From Paraspadella gotoi (Eukaryota; Animalia; Chaetognatha), in contig JBJCIZ010000063.1 of NCBI GenBank assembly GCA_051294375.1, positions 1 to 6,314 on the forward strand: 6,314 nucleotides of DNA. The letters are read 5' to 3'. Position numbers and translations under genes: made by a program. The notes beneath the pieces are model-generated. The model was not told where the DNA came from, ran no database searches, and saw only the letters and a list, made by a program, of their open reading frames with translations. The stretch's first letter is position 1, and every line of letters starts with the position of its first letter. Below are positions 1 through 6,314 of the stretch, piece after piece.

Positions 1-63
1 AGATAGATTGAAGAACTAAAGGGAATTAAAGAAAAATAAGGAAAAAAGAAAGAAAAAACAGGG

Positions 64-127
<64 letters not shown>

Positions 128-185
128 TTGAAGAACTAAAGGGAATTAAGAAAAATAAGGGGAAAAAATGAAATGAAAAGAAACA
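1..185. repeat. Direct repeat with 120-bp period (copies start at 1 and 121) enclosing a GA microsatellite
   Basis: AGATAGATTGAAGAACTAAAGGGAATTAA is identical at 1-29 and 121-149. Both copies continue with GAAAAATAAGG and then diverge in A-rich sequence. Confidence 0.9.
68..123 (+). repeat. (GA)28 perfect microsatellite
   Basis: Uninterrupted GA run read directly from the sequence. Confidence 0.97.
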
Positions 186-220
186 AGTTTGAGCAAGAGT
201 GAGTTATAGAGTCGGGATCT

Positions 221-540
221 GCTGTTCATCGGTCAGTCTCACAGTTTCTCTGCCTGTCTTTCAATTCATCTGTCAGTCTCACCGTTGCTCTGCCAGTCTT
301 TCCATTCATCTGTCAGTCTATCCGTTGCTCTGCCAGTCTTTCCGTCTGTCGGCCTGTCTCTCCGTTCCTTTGCCAGTCTTTCCGTTCATCTGTCAGTTTC
401 ACCATCGCTCTGCCAGTCTTTCCGTTTATCTGTCACTCTTCGTCTGTCTGCCATACTTTCCGTTCCTTTGCCAGACTCTCCGTCAATCTGTCAGTCTCTC
501 CGTTGCTTCGCTCGCCTGTCCCTCTGTCTGCCAGTCTCTC
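221..540 (+). repeat. Minisatellite, ~16 x 20-bp units with a 40-bp dimeric higher-order period
   Basis: Units are in exact 20-bp register from 221 to ~440, alternating type A (TCCRTTCATCTGTCAGTCTC-like) and type B (WCCGTTGCTCTGCCAGTCTT-like), e.g. 261-300, 301-340, 381-420. The register shifts by ~2 bp after 440. Confidence 0.92.
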
Positions 541-655
541 CCTCTCGCACAAATCATGGAAGAAATCGCTTCTTTTCCTTTTTTCTTACTCAAAATATTT
601 GCTTTTCTCAAATCTCCTCATAACCATTCAGGGCCGCGAAACACTCGTCAAATGG

Positions 656-657
<2 letters not shown>

Positions 658-687
<30 letters not shown>
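658..687 (+). repeat. (TC)15 perfect microsatellite
   Basis: Uninterrupted TC run. Confidence 0.96.
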
Positions 688-693
<6 letters not shown>

Positions 694-783
694 TTTGATT
701 AACTGAAAACATTTTTTCAATCGCTCTTCAGAATCCCGAACCAAATTCCCTCGCGACTCGTAACAGAAACCGAATTAACTTCA

Positions 784-803
784 CGTCGTCGTCGTCGTCG
801 TCG
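784..803 (+). repeat. (CGT/GTC)n microsatellite truncated by the assembly gap
   Basis: CGTCGTCGTCGTCGTCGTCG runs directly into the Ns. Degenerate GTC units resume at ~835-890. Confidence 0.92.
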
Positions 804-828
804 NNNNNNNNNNNNNNNNNNNNNNNNN
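804..828. other. Assembly gap (25 N)
   Basis: 25 consecutive N characters. Confidence 0.99.
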
Positions 829-1465
829 CAATATCGTCACTCGTCATCCAGGTCGTCGTCGTCGTCCGTCGATGGTCGTTAATTTGTCGTAATAATATAA
901 AGCTCAGATATCGGGTGCGTGGCTGATGAAAGTCAAGATCATATAGTCAGTCTTACAAGATCTGTCAGTCAGTCGTATCAAGTATAATAGATACGTTTCA
1001 GACACAACGCTCAGAATAAGTCGTCCGACGAAGGCAGCTGTAGAAAACGGTAAACATATTCTATAGCTACAAATATAGAACATTTTCCCTGGTTTTGTTT
1101 TTTAAGTTGTAGAAAAACCACCCTATTTCTCAAAATCGAGTAGAACTCATTTAATCAAACCGGAATAATAATAATTTCATCAAATTGTTGATGAGTATAG
1201 ATATAAGTATGTATAAGTGAATGTCAGGGCTTGTTGTTCGCGTGTTGAACTCAGTAGACGACGCGTTTTTTTTTTTTTTCTCTACCATAACCGACAGCAG
1301 GATTGGTAAATAATTAAAATTATGTCTACGTGAATCCAAGAATAGCTTTTTTTAATATTTTTTTTTCCAAATTCAAATGTTTTTTTTATTTCTAATAGTG
1401 CGCATAAAACATGGGGCTCATGAGTATATAGGGAGCCCGTTGATTAGTGTAGGCCCGCCGCAGCA

Positions 1466-1590
1466 GAGGGACGAGAGTAGGAGAGGCAGAGGAGAGGAGA
1501 TCGAGAGAGAGAGAGAGTGAGAAGAGAGAGCAGAGAGAAGAGAGCCGAGAGAAGCTAGAGAGAGAGGAGAGAGCATGAGGAGGAGAATAG
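1466..1590 (+). repeat. Degenerate (GA)n purine tract
   Basis: GAGA runs interrupted every few units by single extra bases. Confidence 0.85.
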
Positions 1591-1618
1591 CATCTCGAGG
1601 TGGGTAGAAATAAGAACA

Positions 1619-1682
1619 TAGACTAGATAGCAGTAGTATGAGACTAGATAGATAGAGGATAGATAGATCAGAATAGATAGAG
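1619..1682 (+). repeat. Degenerate (TAGA/GATA)n microsatellite
   Basis: Repeated TAGATAG units, e.g. TAGATAGATAGAGGATAGATAGAT. Confidence 0.75.
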
Positions 1683-2185
1683 TATGATGTTGAGGTGTAG
1701 CGGTGGGAGGCTAGATAAGTGATATCGATAAAGAAAGAGCAATGAGGAGACGAGAAAGAGAGTGATTATAACACAGTGCTCTATTAAAAAAGGTGAATGA
1801 AGGAACAAAAATAACTATACGAATACAAATGTTCACGTACTGGATGATCAGAAGGCTTGCTTGGCTCGAGATTTCCTCGTATTGTTCCCTCTGCTCTATC
1901 GAGTCGGCGGGTCGCTCCAGAGATGGTTTGGGCTACCTGCCGCTCGCGCCGCCGAGTGGTGACAGATCGCTTGCGACGCGTGTGATGATCACCCGCCTTG
2001 TTGTGCAAGTCTCCGATCCGAGACGTGCGGTGTGGGGTATGGCGGGATAAGGGGAGTCTGGGGTGTGCAGAGGAAACGCTCGCGGCACTCTGCACGTCAT
2101 TCTTGAGACAGACGTGCTCAAAGGAGATGCTTGCAGGTGGAGGAAAGGGGAAGGCAGAGGTGGAGGGGGAACCGTGACGAAATGT

Positions 2186-2470
2186 AAGAGAATAAAAAGA
2201 GAAGAGTGGGACGGAAAGAAAAGAGAGAAAGGAGAAGTAGCATCTTAAAAGAAGAGGGAAAAGGAAAGAAAAGAATAAGACGAAGAAAAGAAAGAAAGGA
2301 AAAAAGAAACTAGAAAAAGAGACAGAAAAAGATGTAAAGAAAGAGAATAGTAGAAGAAAGAAAAAGATAAGAAAGGAAAGAAAGAAAGAAGAGAGAAGAG
2401 AAAGAAAGAAAGGGAAGAAATGAAAGAAAGACAAGAAAGAAGAACGAAAAAGAATGAAGAAAAGGAAAAG
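2186..2470 (+). repeat. Degenerate (GAAA)n / A-rich polypurine tract
   Basis: Almost purely A/G with recurrent AAAG units. It is the source of the F/S/L-rich part of the minus-strand 289-aa ORF. Confidence 0.88.
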
Positions 2471-2566
2471 CGGGTGATTTTCTCTCACAACACCTGGGCC
2501 ATCGACCCAGTCAAACCCGTCAGTTTTATTGATCAAAACAAAAAGATCCGTAGGATTTTCGCCATT

Positions 2567-2635
2567 TTCTCTCAGTCTCTCGTCCTCTCTCTCTCTTCTC
2601 TCTCTCTGTCGTAGTTTCTCTTTTTTCGCTCTCTT
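2567..2635 (+). repeat. Degenerate (CT)n tract
   Basis: Interrupted CTCT runs. Confidence 0.75.
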
Positions 2636-2743
2636 AACGTTGTACTCCGCCACTCTGTTCGCTTATTCAGCTTCACGAAACATCTTAACAATATTTTTTA
2701 TACATAATGAGCAGTTCTGTCCCTAAATTAAAACGTTTATCCA

Positions 2744-2818
2744 GTCGTCATCCTTCGTGCGTAGTCGTCGGTCGGTCGTCGTCGCGCTGTCAGAACGTCG
2801 TCTCCGTCGGCTCGTCTA
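2744..2818 (+). repeat. Degenerate GTC-rich simple repeat
   Basis: GTCGTCGGTCGGTCGTCGTCG and scattered CGTC units. Confidence 0.6.
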
Positions 2819-4269
2819 GTTCATTTGCTTCGTTCTTTTTCATCTAAAGTGAGTGTGTTTCTTGTCTTGCCCGGGCCGAATTCGCCCCCGTCATTTTGTC
2901 TTTCGGTCTTTCTTTAGTCTCCGTTGTTACTCAGTTGGATGGCAGGTGGCGCATGTAGTCAGAACCGTCTGAAAGGGTATACATCGCCAGGCATCGTCTC
3001 CCAGACGCATTCTTGCCATCCGCGACATCATGCATAATTTGCTTGAAGGACACAAGAAGTGGAAATTAATAATCATAGACAATAAATATACATACAGCAC
3101 GCCCTGCTCACCCGATATTATTAAAGATATAAAGTTTTAAAACGACGATGAAAAATTCATGTCGTCGAATATCTTTTTAAAAGCAGTTGGTTCGGCGGTA
3201 GACATACGCCCAATGACATTCCGGCCTTAAACTTTAATGCATAGGCAATAAAGGAACGTTTTGATAACGACAAAGCTTCTCTCTAATCGCATTGCTAGAA
3301 ACGTTCGGTTTGAGAAAAATAGATGTGCCAGTTGTAATCCAATCAAAGAGAGATATTTCTTGTCGATCATAAAGGATCCCTAATTAATATCAAAAATAGA
3401 TTACTCACACGAACAGAACCGTTAGGTATGCCGAATGCAAAGTAATAGTTATAATTTAAATAATATTTTTAATAAATTAATAAATAGCGATGTTGAGTAT
3501 TATGAGTGTCGTGAGCGGTCATAATCATAGTATAGACAAAGATTTCACGAATTAACTCCGGGCTTTTGAATAAATCATCGAGTTTTTCGTCTCATCGAAC
3601 GTCAACGGAAAATTTAAACGACGCAAATATTCGAAAATCATAAAATTTTCGTCGCCATCTTGAATTTGCCGAAGTCGTGAATTCAGGTCGCCCGGCGTTG
3701 TAGGGAACTACAAAATTCGACTGCCTTCGTTCGCGATCTCTATCCATCTATGAAACTAATTCACATCGCGAATACTCGATGCCATTGCGTAATGTCGATG
3801 CATGGCAATTTCCGTGCCATAGCGAATTAAAACGCATTGCCGAATTCCCTATGCATCTGAACCCCACTCCCCCCCCAGCTGCATCTTTCATCCCCCAGCC
3901 TCGATCTCACATCGTTTATTTCGTCACGCTGACCCATACGCAGCTGTCTCGGCCGCAGCTGCGTCCCGAGCTCGCGCGCCGCTGTCTCCCGCTGCGATCC
4001 GCAGCCATAATTTCATTCCGCGGTTGAGCAAATTGCGGTACTAACCTTGCCACGTATCCGCCCCGCCAAACCCAGCCGACCCACCGGATCACAACAGCCT
4101 CATAACGCAACCGCATGTTTTGTCGCCGCCCCTTCACCTGATCGTTTCGTTTCCAACTGTCTTTGTCCTTATATCACAGATTTTATGTTCTGTTTACGAG
4201 TAGGTTCATGTCTTTCGTTTCGTCTCTCTCCTCTCTCATCGTCTTCTCTCTCTCTCATCCATATATGTT

Positions 4270-4870
4270 TTAATCCTTAATTCTCTACTCTTATAAATCC
4301 GCTTTTACTCTATTTTGCTAATCCTCTTTCTTCCTTTTTAATCATTTTTGTCGCCTATTCGTCATTCTCAATATGTCATCCCTAAATCCTTTTCTTTCCA
4401 TCTCTACTATCCAAGCTTTTTCATCATCATCATCAACCTTGTTTTCTCTTTCTTCTTCTACTTCATCTTCTGCATTCTCTAATCCCAAACCTTTTTTTTT
4501 CCCCTCTTAAAAATTTTCCGCTGTTTTTTTGTTAAAAAAATTCCCCTCATTTTTTTCTCCATTCCTAATTATTTACCCATCCTTCTAATCCTCCTTCTTC
4601 CCATCAACCTAATCCTCTTTATATTTATTTTCTAATCCTCTCTCCCATTCCGTAGCTCTAATCTCTTCCCCATCCTTTAATCTTCTTTCTCCTTCTCTAA
4701 TACCTTTTCTTTCTCCAATTCTCTAATCCTCTTTCTCCATTCTCTAAATCTTCTCCCCATTCTCTAATGCTTTTTCTCCCATCCTCTACATCTCTGCTCC
4801 CAAGTCTCTAATCCTCTCATCATCACTATAATCTCTTTCTACATTCTGCTAATCCCTCTTCCACGTTCTC
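4270..4870 (+). repeat. Degenerate ~20-22-bp pyrimidine-rich minisatellite (consensus ~TCTCTAATCCTCTTTCTCCCAT)
   Basis: CTAATC(C)TC cores recur at roughly 20-25-bp spacing. They are clearest at 4580-4860 (e.g. CTCTAATCCTCTTTCTCCATT at 4721-4741) and weaker at 4270-4560. Confidence 0.75.
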
Positions 4871-5119
4871 CAGCCCTTCTCACAGCCCTCTCCTCTTCCT
4901 TCTTTTATCATGACGATCTGCCACGGCCCACTTCGCGCCACCGTCCGGGGCACGCCTTTCTTCGGCCCTCATCTCACCTCAAACCACACCACATGCCACC
5001 CTCATTTGTTTAGATATAATTTATTTCTTCCTTTCTCTTTTCTTTCTTTTTTTCCCTGTTTTATCTCTTCTTAGTCCCTGAGATCCCAGAGTGAGTCTCT
5101 ATACCCACAAGAGTTGTTC

Positions 5120-5380
5120 GCATCTCCTCTTTCTTTCTCTCTTTTCTTCTCTCTCTATCCCTCCTCTTCTCAGGTCTCATCTCACTCATCTCTTTCACTC
5201 ACTCTTTCTCTCTATCTCTACCCTCTCTCTCTCTCTTCACGTCTCTCTCTCATCATGCTACGTGCTCTCTCTCTTCTCTCCGATCAGAGTCTCTTCGTCG
5301 CTTCTCTCGTCTCTCGCTGTACTGTCTCTCTCCTCTTCTCGTCACTCTCTCCTCTATGTCCCTTTCTCTTCGTCCTCTTA
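5120..5380 (+). repeat. Degenerate (CT)n tract
   Basis: Long CTCT tract with frequent single-base interruptions. Confidence 0.88.
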
Positions 5381-5401
5381 TCATCGAGAGCGCCGCCCCA
5401 C

Positions 5402-6314
5402 CGCTCACCGCCAGGCGCGCCTCTTCGCGTCCACAGGGCGGCGACTTGAATTAATCTTTAGCGTTTTCGTCGTTCTTCCTTGGCGACGACGACGACGATT
5501 ACGGAGCCGACGACGAACGATGAAAAAAACGACGACGACGAACAAAATGACGAAGACGACGCCAACGACACAACAATTCAAAACGACGAAAAACACAAAA
5601 GGACGACGATGCAAGACGACAAGCGATGAAATGAAGACACGACGATGTCAACTATCGAAACTGAAACGAACGACGACAACAACAAAAATTCCGATGACGA
5701 CAACGACGTAAAACGACGGATTACGATGACGAAACGATGACACCATGAACTGCGACAAGCGACGATGTCGACGAGAAAAGAAACGACGACGACGTCGCCA
5801 AAAACGACGACACGACGAAAAGCGACGAACGAAAACGACCAGAGGACGCTGAACGACGACGGGAAAACAGACCGACGCCGACAAACGACGACGACGACGA
5901 CGACGACGACGACGTCGTCGTCGTCGTCGTTTGGCGTCGTCGTCGTCGTTTTCTTTTTCGTCGACATCGTCGTCGTTGTCGCATTCATTGTCATCGTCGT
6001 CGTCATCGTAATCGTCGTTTTCGTCGTTGTCGTCATCGGAATTTTTGTTGTCGTCGTCGTCGTCTTCGTTTCGGTCGACATCGTCGTCGTCTTCATTGTC
6101 ATCGTTGTCGTCTTCATCGTCGTCCTTTTCGTTGTTTTCGTCGTTTTAATTGTTGTTGTCGTTGGCGTCGTCTTCGTCATTTTCGTCGTCGTCGTCGTTT
6201 TTGTCATCGTCGTCGTAATCGTCGTCGTCGTCGCCAAGTGGAGAAAGAGAAAACGCTAAAGATAATTCAAGCGCCGCCCTGTCGGACGCGAAGAGGCGCG
6301 CCTGGCGGTGAGCG
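5402..6314. repeat. Long imperfect inverted repeat (fold-back), arms 5402-5913 and 5914-6314, truncated by the window end
   Basis: The reverse complement of the window end (CGCTCACCGCCAGGCGCGCCTCTTCGCGTCCGACAGGGCGGCGCTTGAATTATCTTTAGCGTTTT) matches 5402 onward apart from small indels. Unique landmarks inside the triplet array also mirror in order (AAAAATTCCGATGACGAC, GATGTCGACGA, GAAGACGACGCCAACGAC). Centre is GAC|GTC at 5913/5914. Confidence 0.95.
5914..6232 (+). repeat. Compound trinucleotide repeat (GTC/GTT/ATC/TTC)n; mirrored as (GAC/AAC/GAT/GAA)n at ~5484-5913
   Basis: Strict 3-bp periodicity from ~5931 to 6232, with the middle T nearly invariant. Confidence 0.93.

Noticed and set aside
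221-540. CRISPR-like array
   Set aside because: Units are head-to-tail with no unique spacers, no cas genes are nearby, and the context is SSR-rich.
199-706. ORFs of 167, 112 and 67 aa
   Set aside because: They are translations of the stop-poor 20-bp minisatellite and (TC)n, open in several frames, with non-ATG starts and no domain.
1266-1279. T14 run as retroelement tail or terminator
   Set aside because: No adjacent SINE/LINE body, target-site duplication or GC-rich stem-loop is evident.
1723-1730. TATCGATA (DRE promoter motif)
   Set aside because: A single 8-mer next to a degenerate GATA repeat, with no other promoter evidence.
1784-2653. 289-aa minus-strand ORF with apparent transmembrane F/L/S segment
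   Set aside because: The hydrophobic part is the antisense of the (GAAA)n tract and the RE-rich part comes from (CT)n. It has a GTG start and no recognisable family.
5408-5443. CTCF-like motifs (CCGCCAGGCGCGC, CCACAGGGCGGCG)
   Set aside because: Imperfect matches in GC-rich sequence. The second differs in the cleaner arm (CCGACAGGGCGGCG).
5811-5890. Remnant SMRTbell hairpin adapter at the fold-back centre
   Set aside because: I cannot recognise the adapter sequence here; the stretch looks like degenerate GAC/AAC repeat. The fold-back mechanism is therefore unproven.
5091-6259. Thr-rich, Val-rich and Arg/Ser-rich ORFs (206, 219, 164 aa and others)
   Set aside because: They arise from CT and GAC/GTC repeats open in many frames. 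The 219- and 164-aa ORFs cross the suspect palindrome centre.
5402-6314. MITE or Foldback transposon
   Set aside because: Termini and target-site duplication are not visible, the arms are mostly SSR, and the one-sided indel load fits read error better than element ageing.

Overview
Low-complexity, SSR-dense, apparently non-coding DNA that looks eukaryotic. The density of GA/GAAA/GATA/GAC repeats resembles SSR-rich invertebrate genomes such as decapod crustaceans (inference, not an identification). I found no credible protein-coding gene, RNA gene, CRISPR array or mobile-element ORF; the long ORFs are translations of simple repeats. Visible structure: a 120-bp-period duplication around (GA)28; a 20/40-bp minisatellite built from 4-mers (221-540); a 25-N gap (804-828) preceded by (GTC)n; a degenerate ~21-bp minisatellite (~4270-4870); and a spacerless inverted repeat (5402-6314, centre 5913/5914) running off the window end. 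The palindrome has a clean right arm and an indel-ridden left arm. SSRs are perfect before the gap but noisy from 829 to ~5885. The simplest reading is an unpolished, fold-back long-read gap fill inserted into a (GTC)n array. I do not see evidence for a novel biological system.
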